A stretch of DNA of 64,000 bases from Tubiluchus corallicola (lineage: Eukaryota > Animalia > Priapulida), in the NCBI GenBank assembly GCA_030141605.1, contig JAQGDQ010000068.1:1-64000 (forward strand), read 5' to 3'. Position numbers and translations under genes: made by a program. The notes beneath the pieces were generated by a model. That model was not told the origin of the DNA and made no database searches. It was given only the letters and a program-made list of their open reading frames with translations. How positions within the stretch are numbered: the first letter of the stretch is position 1; each line of letters opens with the position of its first letter. Shown one piece after another: positions 28,613 to 41,852 of this stretch.

Positions 28613-29080
28613 TCAAGAATACATGCCGCTGCCAGTTTCGGTCTCGAAGGACACCATCAGGGCCTAAAATATTCAAAAATAGAGTTAGAACAGTACCTGT
28701 AATGATTTACGATGCACTCAAAAGAAGGCGAAGAGCTAAATCCTAGAGGGTTATGCAGGTTAAATAAAATAAAATAAAGCTTTTTACCTTCCTGAAAGCA
28801 AAATAGTTGAAAGATTATTTGATTTTCGGTAAAGTAAAAAACATACTTCGCTTTATTTAAGCTGCATAACCTATAGAATTTGCCTTTTGTCATTTTTTCA
28901 CCAAAGTTCATATAATACTCATAAATTGGTTCGTATAATATCGAAATTAGAACAGACCTAATTTAACAGCATTTAAAAGCTAACCGTAAATCACTGTAGG
29001 TATTATTCTAACTTGATGTTAGGCCGTGACGGTTGTCTTTATAGGGACTGAAACTGGTAGCAGCATCATGTATTCTCAAT
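28613..29080. mobile_element. Inverted pair of about 100-bp arms with degenerate hammerhead-like cores (Penelope-like termini)
   Basis: 28613-28715 is the imperfect reverse complement of 28980-29080; minus strand 28635-28660 reads ctgatgg-t-gtc-cttcga-gac-c-gaaac. Confidence 0.5.
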
Positions 29081-30460
29081 AGATTTTACATTGTTCGCCA
29101 AACACGGATAAAAAATAAGAGGAAATTTTTACTAAAAAGATCGTTCAAACTTATACAAAAAATAGATTAACGTGTCAGTACTAATCCAAAATTATATGTA
29201 AGAGCAGCTTTAATGATTGTGCTATGTATCAGCTAAACGAATATCCCTACATGATGCAATGCCCAAAACACATTATCCGAACTAGTTTTCCATATATAGT
29301 CAAATGTCTTATATCAAACGTCCCATATTAATGATGCATTTTGCCTGACAGACAGCAGGCGTGCATAAATCTTGTTTCCTTGAAGGAAACTTATTATGCT
29401 ATTGTGGCCTGCACTTTTCTTTTTCGAAAAAAACTGAATGCAAGTATGCAGGGGATTGTAGACATAATGTCACAGGGACGATGAGACACCAAGCTGTTTT
29501 GAAACCCTTAAATGAAGCACATACTCGAGTTGTAAATGGAGAAGCTAATACTTGTATTTCACAAGGATGACAAGTTAATTTGATGCAACATTATTTTCAA
29601 AAAATTAGGGACGTCAAAATTTCTCGAAACAACATCATCAGATATCGTTAAAATAGGACGCGTGTTTGTGTTGTATCGAGTTTCATTATAGCAGGCTGAA
29701 CAAATATCTGGAAAACGTTTTAAAGCTTTGAAAATATACAAGACACAAAAATTAACCACGTTATTATTTTTTGTAGGTTTTTGAGACATTTTCATAAACT
29801 TTGAAATTGGGTACTAATTTTTCGGAACTTTTAAATGAATAGCTTAAATTTCCGATGGACTATTCTAACCTGTACAAGTGTATATGACCGCAAAATGTCA
29901 GTTAGTGGTACTGGAAATGAAATTTACTCTTAATCACCAATTATCGATTGAGTCAAGGACATTCTTCAGAGTTTTTCTCTTAATTTGGCTCTAAAAATAT
30001 AAGCAAATTATTTCTTGTAGAAAAACATCTATAAAAAATTGCACCTATATGTTTTTAATAAGTTAAAATGGTTGGTGCATACATGATTAGGCGTTTACGT
30101 TGCTATTAGTATTAAATCTTATAATTGCACCTGTTAAAATCCAAGCTTTATTTAAAATTCAATAAGAATTAATTATGGCATCGGAAAAATATGACACACA
30201 TTTTTGACATATAAATTCTGCATCGAATCGCAGTCAAAAAAATATATCTTGGTAGTTTATTTTCTTAGTGCAATTTCATTCGGATAGGTGACGCCACCGA
30301 CATAACTGGGCTGAACTTTAGCTTCGTATGAATCTTCGTGTAGCAGCTGTTTCGAAAGACTGTTGCAGTACAACGGAAAAAAATCCTCGCATTTCGAGGA
30401 TTTTTCCTCGCAAACGTTAGCAGCGTTTCGTTTTTTCTTTGTTTGCTTGTATCTTTGCTC

Positions 30461-30461
<1 letters not shown>

Positions 30462-30523
<62 letters not shown>

Positions 30524-30563
30524 TTTTTCTTTCTTTCTTTCTCTCTTTCTTTCTTTCTCTCTT
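30462..30563. repeat. (TTTC)n microsatellite
   Basis: Directly visible. Confidence 0.95.
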
Positions 30564-30859
30564 CGTTTGTCCGGAACGAGGCGAGTCCGGATTTGAATCA
30601 TATCCAGAGCAGCGCATATACCACAGTTCCTTATATACACAAGGGCTTCATCGTCACTTTGTTCTTGTAAATGAATTATTGTAACCTCTCTTGTACATAA
30701 ATGCGTATATAGCTGTAAACGTCTGCTTAGTAAACATTAGTCTACTACTACTTACACAATTGTACGGACCACTTTATTAATTTAAACATATTTATTTTAC
30801 AACCGTTTTGACGAAACAATATTAAAACTGATACAAAGAGTCCTCCCACTTTGTTAGAC

Positions 30860-31173
30860 TTCCTTCATTTCTTCCTTCATTTCCTTATTTCCTTCCTTCC
30901 TTGTTCTTTCTTACTTACTTATTTACTTACTTGCTTACTTATTTATTTATTTTCTTACTACATACCTACTTACTTACTTGCTTACCTACCTACCTACTTG
31001 CTTATTTATTTACTTACTTTTTTACTTACTTACTTACTTACTCACTTACTTTCTTTTTTCTTTCTTTCTTTCTTTCTTTCTTGCTTACTAACTTTCGTTC
31101 ATTCGTTCACCCACTCACTCACTCATTCATTCGTTCGTTCGTTCGTTTATTCATTCATTCTTTCTTTCTCTCT
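30860..31173. repeat. Compound tetranucleotide array (TTAC/CTAC/TTTC/TTCA/TTCG)n
   Basis: Directly visible. Confidence 0.9.
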
Positions 31174-31519
31174 TTGAGACATACAAGCCTGTTAAACAAA
31201 GAAATATGTTTAACAAGCAAACAAGTTTTTGAGAAGGCATTAATTAGAATAAAACGCAGAAAACCTCAGTGCTGCATAAGGTGCAGAATTCTGCAGGTCG
31301 TACAAACACTTGTTCGTAAAAAATTAAACTATTTGGTGTTTGATCGATCACAGAAGCATAGAAACGAAAGAAGGGAAAATCGCATTTTTACTAGACCCCA
31401 TTAACGGTTGCGCCTGCTATCGTAAAAGTACCAAGAGTTATGAAAAGAAATACAGGAGGTTTTACAATGAAACCAATGGAAGGAAGACGTACCTGTAAGC
31501 TTAAACTTAAAATTCACTT

Positions 31520-34272
31520 TAGTCTATTGGCAATTGTGCGCAACATCTAAGATTCTGGCATCTCACGTTAATTTTTTGTTACTCACTTGTTTTGAGGTCT
31601 TATGGGTCTGTAGTTTCTAAAAAAATATGGTGTTTTTCAAACCAGGTTCAAGGTCATTTAATGTCAAATGGGACAACACTATATGTAAAATGCGTTGAGT
31701 CAGGTTATTTAAAGTAGTCTTATTCAAACACTAAATAGATGCTAAGTGTACTGAAGCACCCTGCATTATTGTGATGGTCAGTGTAATTTCAAGGTCGAAA
31801 ATAGATTAATGCCGAAATTTTATCATATGAGATATTATACATGTTTCACTGAATAAAAGTTGTATAAAACCTTGACGTTTTGGTTGATGACTCAGTAATT
31901 GATATAGCTTGCTACAAGCTACCTGTCTGTCGTTTGTCTTATTGTTTGTCGGTCTGTCTGCATGTCTATCTGTCCAAATGATGTGTGTCTTTCAGCAATT
32001 GTTTTCGGTGTCACAACAACTATCAAATCTGATGTGCTTGTTTATCTAGTAGATTATTACTACAAAAGGCTTTTATGCCAAGCTGTATCTCTAGAGCTAA
32101 ATTACTTGCACTAATAAGACTAACATATAGTCCAGAATGAGCAATGTTCTTAAAGTCAAAAACAACAAGGTACTTTTGACCGCTACATATGACAGCATAG
32201 GCTTCGCTTTCACTGTCTGAATCGGCTTTTACAATTATGCCAGAACTATCTGCAAAGCTGTCTGCCCATGTTAACAGTGTTTTTTTATACTATTTCCATA
32301 GAATATTTTTGGTACGAGAGCAGTATGATTACTGCCTGAAGATTGCACTTGCATCTAGTTTGCTTTGCATAAAGTTGTTGCATAATTGCAGTGTACAAGT
32401 TCTATCACTCCTTTTGGTGCAGGGGCCGAGGTTGTACTGGTATATATACATAAGCACAATCGGTCCACCTATATCCACATGTGCAAGATTTGGCTTAGGT
32501 TCATGTAGATGAAGCCACAAATGGCTGATCGGCGGCCCGAAGAATATGCAGCAGAAGTGCTGCTTGGGTAGGTGGTAGTTTGTGTGCTTCTGCCTGAGGT
32601 GTTGTAAACAGTTCCGATGGGATGATTGATAAATCAGTTGTTTTGGATCCCTTTCGCCTGTATCAAATTCAACCTAATTCAACCAAAATGCAACCAAATT
32701 CTTCAAGTGCCTCAGTTATACTTGTTTCTAAAGGCAGGTGTAGTGGCTTCCCCAGTAGCGCAAAAGCATCTCTGATTTTCTTCGGGGCATTGAGCTAGGA
32801 TTCTAATACGTTAGCTTTCCCTTACCTTAAGCTAAATTGGGTCGAGTTGCATCATATATTGGTTCGATGTAGATTTTCTGCCGCTTAGCTGCATTACCTC
32901 ACAAAATTTGTGGGCACTTTCCAAGATAGACATGGGCACCTTGAAACTGCAAGAATAAGCACGTCGGTATTGGACGTCATAGCGTCGGAGTCATAATATC
33001 TACCTCCTTTCCTCATTTCACTGCATCGAGTGCGTGAAGATGAGAATGGTAAGCAGGTGACACAGCTAGTGGTATTTCTTGGTGCTTAAATTTTTCTAAC
33101 TACCTGTCAGCAAGGTAGAGAGTCATACTGTGCTTTGTCTTTGTGTTGGATATGAATTTTCGAAATGTTGATTTGATTAGTGTTTTGTCCGAACATATAT
33201 GGAATCGTTCATCTTCTGTTTTATTTCGGTGTTCTCGTGTTTGTTTTCAGTGATTTCTCAATATCATAGTGGTCAAATATGATATGCGCTTCAACACAAC
33301 CTTTCATTTTTGTCTGTATAGTTTCTTCAGATTCGTTGGTAATTGGTCACATGTCTTCATTGGTCTTGTGTTTAACTGATGTGCAAAGGCCATAACAATT
33401 ATGAGAACACGTTTTCTTGCTCACTAGTCTTGGAGTTTTCTGCTCCTATGTTCTTCTTGTGAACTCTTTTCAACTATGTGGATCAAGTTTGACTTATGTT
33501 TACATACAAGAAGGTTTTAACCTACTTGGCTCATTTCATTTAAATGCAGTCACATGCTTCCTAATGTCAATCATGAACAGCCAAACCGTTACAAATTAAC
33601 CTAACGATGAGACTTAACGTTCATAAGATATTATAGTGACCTTGACAATCATAAAAATTTGGTATTTGCTGGCCAATGTCAATACCTCAGATTGTGGTTG
33701 TCATATTCGCTGTATCTTTGATTGAGCCCAGGTTAATTAACTGATTTTAACAGAGTTTTTGTGAACTACATATAAATGAGCAATGCTTTATTATGCTAAT
33801 GTGACCTTAATCCTGGCACGACAAATGAGCAAGTTCTATTGAGAGTTATTGCATAGTGTTTGGGGATGCTTTCCAAGATATTTCAGTGAAACACTAGCAA
33901 ACTGACTACCTGTACTCCAAACTATACTTGTTTTCCTGAGATATACAGATTTTTTAGTACGACATGGACACAACTTTGGCTTTGATATGAAAATGAGCTG
34001 TCACCTCTTAATAAGTAGCATAACAATGATAAACATACTTTTCTTTAGTATTTGAAAGCCACAGTTCCAATTAAATGGATTTAAATAACTCTTATATGCA
34101 TTTCCCATGAAATATATTGAGTCCGGGTATGGTTGACATTGAAATGACCTTGAGTATGGTTTGAAAAAATGCCACCTTACTTTTTTTAAACTTCCGACCC
34201 ATAGACCTCAAAACCACCGAGTAACAAAAATTAACATGAGATTGCAGAATCTTGACGATTGCCCCTGGGCTA
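31520..34272 (-). mobile_element. Academ-superfamily DNA transposon, internally deleted
   Basis: TAG...CTA termini; CTT on both flanks (31517-31519, 34273-34275); roughly 140-bp imperfect TIRs (31520-31668 vs 34133-34272); transposase remnant inside. Confidence 0.82.
32330..33420 (-). pseudogene. Academ transposase C-terminal remnant
   Basis: Minus-strand motifs in the expected order: VLIIVMAFAHQL..KTCDQL (~33410), HIIFDHYDIEKSLKTNTR (~33290), HLHALDA, NTDVLILAV (~32970), KLPPTQAALLLHILRA (~32580), APAPKGVIELVHCN (~32430); frameshifts and stops present. Confidence 0.8.
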
Positions 34273-34702
34273 CTTCCAAAGTATTTCGGCGATTTCCGGC
34301 GATTTCCAAAGCCAAAACAAAAGGAAAACTAAATGAAACGATGATTGATTTACGCCATTGTAGACGACAATTTTACGGTACATAGGGCGAAACATGTTTA
34401 GCGACTGGCTTCACAAATTTTGAGCTGAAACAAAGCTAAGATTGCGATGATAGCTGAATTCGACAATGTAGGTTACAAATGCTAACAATTACAGTCGATA
34501 ACATCATATGTTAGTAAACTGGCAGAGCAGTAGATTAACATGAGACTTCCAGAAACATTTAGATCATTTGACGTCATTGATAGTGAGTAAGCGGGCTTCA
34601 CTAAATGCCACAATAGCACTCATCGGACTATTTTAGCACTCGTCTCAAAATTTTGTGCAATTACACGTACCTAAAACTTTGATCGCTATAAGCACAGCAT
34701 TG

Positions 34703-34908
34703 TTTTTCTTTTCTTTTCTTTTCTTTTCTTTTCTTTTCTTTTCTTTTCTTTTCTTTTCTTTTCTTTTCTTTTCTTTTCTTTTCTTTTCTTTTCTTTTCTT
34801 TTCTTTTCTTTTCTTTTCTTTTCTTTTCTTTTCTTTTCTTTTCTTTTCTTTTTTTGTTTCTTTTCTTTTCTTTTCTTGCTCTTTCTCTCTCTCTCTCTCT
34901 CTCTCTCT
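34703..34908. repeat. (TTTTC)n pentanucleotide plus (CT)n
   Basis: Directly visible. Confidence 0.95.
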
Positions 34909-36292
34909 ATTTTCTTAGCTTAGCCAACCTATTTTCTTGGAAATTAATAAAAATTTCGTGATGCTTACTCAAAACGTTAGACTTCTTTATGTCAAGAGAA
35001 AGCACAAACATTTTGCAACAGATGTGCTAAAGCGCTTTTATGTTGGGCTGAATTTCAGTCGTCCTCGCTACTTTCACCTTGAATGTTTCAAATGACGAAA
35101 TGATATAGCAGAAATAAACAGATTTCCGTGAATACGTAAACCAACAGTGAGAAACCATTTAAGCAGCAAAACACGCAGTTTATAGAGCATCGCGGTATGA
35201 ATGTTTAGAAGTTTCACTACCACAATTTCACGTCGCTTTTACCATTGAGCTGGTAAAAAGTAGAAGAGTAAAATTTGAAAACAACAAAAAATAATGTCAT
35301 TTTAGTGTTATAACAACTTGGTGAAAGATACTCTTTCACAGAAATTTCTAGCGAGTTTCCATTTATTTATTCGTCCGCAAGGTAAATGAACATCACACGT
35401 GGAGCAAAATTCAGTTAATGAATCAATTCATCCTGTTGATTATATTTGCATTAAAACAACATTTAGACATTTAATAGTTCAAAAGGAAAGTACCTACAAT
35501 ACTAAAGTTATTACAATACTTCAATACAATATTAATTAGGCCAAAATCTGTCAAAATCTGTTTCTGCCACCTGCGTCGTACATTTAAAAATGAATGTATT
35601 AAATTATTTCTCACAGACATGTATCCTAATTCGTCTGCCGTAATTTGTTTAAAAAGATTATCGTGACCAAATTATATGAAGGAAGATTAAATCTCTTTAT
35701 ACTAGATGCAATCGCTTCGTATAATACTTGCATTTAACGATGCAATCAGAAATAATTATATTAGTCTGTAAATTTTCTTGACGTGGATTTTATACAAGAG
35801 GTCACTTTCACGCTCACTGTAATTTCTGCTGTATTGCGATACACGTGATTTATGTCAGTAATGCTAATTGATAAAAAGAGGAAAATAACACGTATGTTCT
35901 ACATTCAATCCAAAAAGACAGAATATGATTGTCTGAGCTGGTTTCTCGAAAAAAATACGTTTTTTGTATAATTTTTCTACTATATGAAAAACAGCACCAA
36001 TTGCATTTAAACCGGGCATAATAATTTTGAGGAACGTATTTATGCCTGATTTTAAATGTAGTGACTAAGTAGTGACGTAGTTTTCCATTTAGATATTCTT
36101 TGAGAAGATTTGATAGTACTATTAGAGCGAAATATTCTACATAAATTAGTCACACTCGGTTATAGATAGTTTTAATTTGTGAGTCACTGTGTAGTTTAGG
36201 AATCTCTAAGTGTCTTTAAAGATAGTACAAACCCAAAAGTGATTAAATTTTGATACAAACTTGAAAAAGAGGAAATGTTTAAAGTTTGAATA

Positions 36293-36355
36293 CAGTCTGG
36301 AGTTGAACCAAGGACCTTCTGTTTACACGTCAGACGCTTTAAGCCACCAAGCCAG
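36293..36355 (-). pseudogene. tRNA-derived remnant (SINE head or tRNA pseudogene)
   Basis: Minus strand ctggcttggtggcttaaagcgtctgacgtgtaaacagaaggtccttggttcaactccaga: D-arm-like, anticodon-arm-like and GGTTCAA T-loop segments, but no intact acceptor stem. Confidence 0.45.
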
Positions 36356-38516
36356 TGTATTTCCCAATGATCAAGGCAGTCAAAAAGTTCATCCCTTATA
36401 GAGGATGTAATAATTAGTTAATGGTGTTGTTGCCAAAAATTAAAAAGTCTGTAACTTTGTCCTGCTCGTTGTAAGTACATTATTTTTTCGCTGTACTATA
36501 GCAATACTATGGCTATGGTTACAAAAAAGTACACCTGTAATTTCATCGACACTTCATTTTGTTTCAGGCGGATAACTAGATAATATTTTAATGGGAGTGG
36601 GGTTGACGATAAAATTGGGCATATTGTCACAGTGATTTGCGCGCTTAATAATCACATTTTGAGCATTTTTGTTACTACAATTGCTAAAGCTTGTTTATAA
36701 AAACTGCTAAAATGAAAATACTCAAACTCAACAATTTGAATACTAAAACTGTGCAATCAATGTGTTAACGCAAATTTTCAGGGCTCTTCTTTCGAATGAA
36801 TATAGTTTAGGTTAAGATGATGTCAGTCAAAAACTGAGTGATTTTATGTGATTTTGGTTTAGCTGCCTGCTTTTAGCTCTGTCAATCACAACCTAACCAA
36901 CGGATGGTTAGCAGTTTATTCTCATCACGGCGACTTCCCTGCGATGGTTGTTCCCTCACTTATAATTTATAGTCCAGGGTCATGTAATTATTGAAGAGAG
37001 CAGATAAAACGCATTGCAGTTTATTTGACAACTGCGCTGTCGAGAAGAAAAAGTTTGAATAAGGCACAAACGAAGTGACAGCACTCGACATTCGTTATGG
37101 CATTGTTTCACGCGTTATATTGATCATTGTAATGCAAATCATTGATCGTTGGACGTGGGCGTATTCATGATAGGCTCCCTAGTCCCCAGAACAAAGATGT
37201 TTCAGATCCTGGTATGACATCACATTTACAATGCGACATGTCCTTTGTCCTTTGCGGTGTCCTTTTTATATAATTAGGAAACAGCGCTAAACGTGGTAGG
37301 GTTTCTAAGTAGTTATTTGAAACAAATAGGCTTCAGTTTATAATCTGTTTGCTTTCTGTTGATTCACATAGAGGCTTAATAATGAATGATGTGAGTCTAT
37401 AATTATAACGCTACGGGAACAAGCGTCTTATTACAGCTAATAACAAAATTGTAAAGACACCGCTAATGAGTGTGGCGGGTGTAACCTACAATCAGCCATT
37501 TCATAGTTGTTATAGGTCGATTTATGAGTTCAGTTTGGCCTAATGGGCATATATTATTAAGGCAATGGTGTGAGGCATTTGTCATGGCGTTTCCGAATGA
37601 GGCAAGTATACCACGGTAGAACGTTGCAGACTTAGGGTACCAAAAAGAAAAAAAGTTCTGAAGATAATGATAAAAATGATTTGTAAGCTGTGTATACTTA
37701 GTTGCAGTTATGTGAATTTTATGTCAACCAAATGTAGCATTACTGGTGTATTGGTTTTCTCCGTTAACTTAGCCAATTGTACATATACAGTGTACTTCTT
37801 AAAATAAAAAATACGGCGATTTAAACTGGGAGACGTGAAGTGATGGTCACATTTCATTCTACATTTAAAATTTTTCTATTTTGAAATACAATAAGGCAAA
37901 CATTACAAGCTTTATGATAAAATATTGCGAATATAAATAAATGTTACTGCTGAGTGTGCTGTATTTAGCCTCCCAGTAATTAAATTTTTATTCACTGTAA
38001 CTTACCATTTGTAATTGTCGCCTTATTTGCAAATGCCTAAATGAAATTTCATGCCACACAAACACGGAGCCCAGCAGTTAACCAACTGCCGGTGATGGAC
38101 CTATAAAGTTTAATAAAACGCCACCGCTGCATGTGGGTGTTTGTCATAAATTTAGCATCGCGAATTTCTAAACGCGCACATCCTCTCAATCAAATTTGAG
38201 TGATTCTGTCTAAATGTTTACAAATAAGTTACATAATGAAGCCATATGCCGGTAACCCTTACAATGGCTTTGCTGTTCAGCTTGGACGCGGTGATGTCAT
38301 AAATCTCTCGTTAGCAGTTGGAAAGGAAGCTGAGCAATAATTTTAATGTTGTTGAAGGCGTTTGCTGGAGAAGTGGTTAGCTATACCTTTTGGCTTAAAG
38401 AATCCAAGCTCTTCAGTTTGGAAATTTGGTGATGGCTTTTTCGTGAATAAATTCTAAGGCGAATACTTATTCTATTTTTTAATTTATTCTTTAATTCAAA
38501 CACGAAGTCCACAAAA

Positions 38517-38541
38517 ACACACACGCACGCACGCAAACACG

Positions 38542-38612
<71 letters not shown>
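38517..38612. repeat. (CA)n / (CACG)n microsatellite
   Basis: Directly visible. Confidence 0.95.
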
Positions 38613-38617
<5 letters not shown>

Positions 38618-41000
38618 TGAATATATAAAGAAGACACACAATAAAATTAAACTAAAATAATTAAGTGATATGAAAATATAAAATTCAAGAATGTAAAGTA
38701 TTATAACTGTTCGACACTAATAAATTAATAGTTTACCTATGATATACCTATGATATTCTTAAACCAGCTTTCTAACTGCAGTATTGGAAATAATCAACTG
38801 ATGCTGATACCAGAAAACGTCTTCGCCAAGGCTTGAGTGAATGAAAGTTTGAACGCAAGACCTCGCGACCTGGGCGTCCTCGCCCAGCAACAATAATGAT
38901 GATGTCGACATATAAATGAATTATAATAAACCGATCGGTCTTCTCAGATCAATATCTAATGAACAGATCGATCTGGTAATTTTATCGGTCGCCATCAATC
39001 GACATATTGTTACTTGAAAGCCATGTCAACTTTTCATCCTTATAGTAACAATTATTCTGCGTCAAGTCGGCTAAGCATGATGCACGAGCCGATAAAGCAC
39101 CAGATAAAATTTTAATATGGCGACGGCAAACAAGACAAATGTACAGGAAGCTTCCATGGAATGTTCTGCTCTTGACTGTAGCAAAATAAATTGGTTTATA
39201 AAGTCAAAAAAGCACGAGACTTAGAGTGAACATCTGAGCTCCATGGACTAAAGTCGTTCAAAACGAACCACAAAAACATTTTCACGTAGAAATAATTATA
39301 CTTCTTGAATACATGTACAGGTATAATGGCAAAGTTAATTTACACTGACTAACATGCAAGAAGCCCCGAAGAGACGCCTTGCTTATGGGACAGGCATTAA
39401 GTCAAGACTCAAATGCTCTTGTTATAAGTAAAATCTAAAGCCTCGGCAGAGAAACTAGTTTATATTGCAGATGTCTTCGAGGAAATTGATAAATTGATTT
39501 AGGCGAAGTGTGTGAGATTTGAAAGATTTCGCATAGTTTCTGTCAGTGGCATGCCGCCACTCCACGTTTTAGGGAATTACATCTTAGCAGAGCTTTGAGG
39601 TCTTGTTTACAACGTGTAACATTGATTTCTGCAGGACTCTTGGAACTAGGCGGCCGAGAGCATCCATTCGTTACATATTCCGTAATGTCGGAAACAATAG
39701 TGGTACTTTTTGTTTTCTTAATTTATGAAGTAGTTGCTAAAAACGAAGATGAATGAGAACCTGAAAAACTGAAATTTAATACAAAATGTTTTAAGAGAGG
39801 AAGACAACGAAATCTTTATTGTAGATTTGAATATTCGTGGGCGTTTCTCTAATGGCAAAATGACGGTCATTCTAATGGTTGACTGGATGACAAGAATTAA
39901 TCTTTTCGGGCTTCCCGATATATCTACAGTCACCTTCGAGAAGAAAGGCCAGTGCTAAAGGTCGCCCTATAAGGCTCTTCCAGATTTGACTGGCTGACAC
40001 GTTTCATCCTAATAAATGAGGAGGAGTTTATTGTAGTTCTTTTAAATCTCTTATTTCAATAATTCGACATCTCATCGTTATCTTGAGACGTCGAAATATT
40101 GAAATAAAAATCACAAGTAAATTGCAATAAGCGTAGTTCAAACTTCATTACTTATTAGAGATTCATACCAGAGCTTATGGAACAATTGAGAAATTTAGTA
40201 TTAACTAATATACAAAGTTGTTTACTTTATAAATCTAAAGACGGGCTTTCTCTACGTTACTCTGCAGTTCTAGGCGTTAAACAACAGTTTAATTTTTTAT
40301 GCAGTTCGGCACACTAGAAGCTAGAATCTAGTTGCTGATATGCGATGAGACCGAAATCTGACTCGTTATCAAGATTTATCTCTAGCATGAACTGCTGAAC
40401 AAGTGGGAGGTAAATACGTCTCCCCTTAAGGAGGTAAACTGCCAGAATCAGTTCGATGAATAAAATCCTCAGAGCGAGTGACGAACCATTTCCTGACCGG
40501 CCTTGGCGTGGTTTAACTTCGATCGCGAAGCAGGCGCACATAACTAAACGGCTGTTCATCTCACGCTTTTTTTTGCTAAGGATGCAACTGTCTAGCCGTT
40601 GAATTTAGGAACTAACATTGTTATGCTAATAAGCACAAACGTCAAGTCTTTACGTTAGAGAGAATAACTTGTAAAAATACAGAATGTACGTGGATCTTGA
40701 ATTTGTGATAAGATCAATAATTAACAGATTATGAGAGCTTCTGTGCAAAATGAAAGCCACCAATATGGAATATCATTGATTATAATAGTTTCATAATGGC
40801 AGACGCAACTAACGTAGCGACTTTTGATAAACTCCATTGAGTTTCAAAGGAAAAGCCAATTACTTAATTCCAGTGTTCGGACGTAATTTTGATAAAACGT
40901 TGTTAACGACGCCTATAAATTTTATTCGCAAATGGCTTTTGTCGTTCATTCTCACCATGACCGTTTGGCATCAGTTCCATCTTACAGCGATGTTTAACTA

Positions 41001-41852
41001 CAGGGTGTTTCAGGAGAAACTGTCCAGTAGCACTAAGCTGAAATTTGCTGACCAAATTACGTAGAAATGTAACTGAGTGTTAAGTTATATACTAAGAGAT
41101 TACACTATAGTAAGTGCTGCATGGAAGTATTACACTAATACAAGTATATAACCACACTTATCGGACTTTGCGTGGTGTGATATTAGTAGGCTTACGGACT
41201 GTTTGTGAATGTGCTGTTTTTACAGCGGCACACTTCTGCAGGAAGCTGCAAAACTTTCCAGGTTTGCTTTTAAGTACGGACTTTTCCCCCAACAAAACAA
41301 CGAAAACACCTCGACCGACGAGGATCGATGAGAATTCCTTTAGCTGAGATTTAACATCTTCTCCTAGACTCCTCATTCGTAACTTACCTTAACTGATTTT
41401 TTGTTTGTGATTGTGTGAATAAAATAGTTTATTCATTAACAAAAATTGAGAGAAAAGCAAACTGCATATCCAGCTGTTGTACAGGGTGGGGCATGCGAAT
41501 GTTCCTAAGGGCGGTAACAAGAACAATTTATTGTATCCAAGTATTGCTGAAACACTATTGAATCTGTAATGCCCTCGAAATTTAGTTTGGAAGCTTGGTG
41601 CGCCTCGCACAGCTTGCAATCTTGATGAGTATGCTCAGAGCAGCGGCTCGAAGAACATCCTCCAACAGATCTCACAAGATTGTCTGTTGCATACTGGTCA
41701 ATGGCATATTTTTGATCATCTTAGCATCTTAGTAGCTGTCTTTCAGGATAACTCAGCGTTTTAGTAGGGCTGAGTTTCCGTGAGTTTTCAGGACATTTAG
41801 TTCTACTGAAAAGATTAATCCCAGAGTTCTCAGGTCACTGCTCCGGACATTG
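41001..41852 (+). mobile_element. Decayed Tc1/mariner-family element about 1.2 kb upstream of nAChR exon 1
   Basis: ta|cagggtgtttc left end and an eroded ggacattg|ta right end; fragments HGSITLIQ, KTPRPTRIDEN (GRPR-like), SPRLLIR, GAPR (QDGAP-like), CILVNG (C-terminal motif). Confidence 0.45.

Noticed and set aside
36293-36355. Functional tRNA gene
   Set aside because: No intact acceptor stem; treated as a tRNA-derived remnant
39650-40020. Possible pogo/DDE_1 transposase traces (EKLKF, SNG..WMT)
   Set aside because: Too short and broken to support without a profile search; no termini found
40314-40559. Higher-GC 81-aa minus-strand ORF as a divergent neighbouring gene
   Set aside because: No recognisable domain or partner exons
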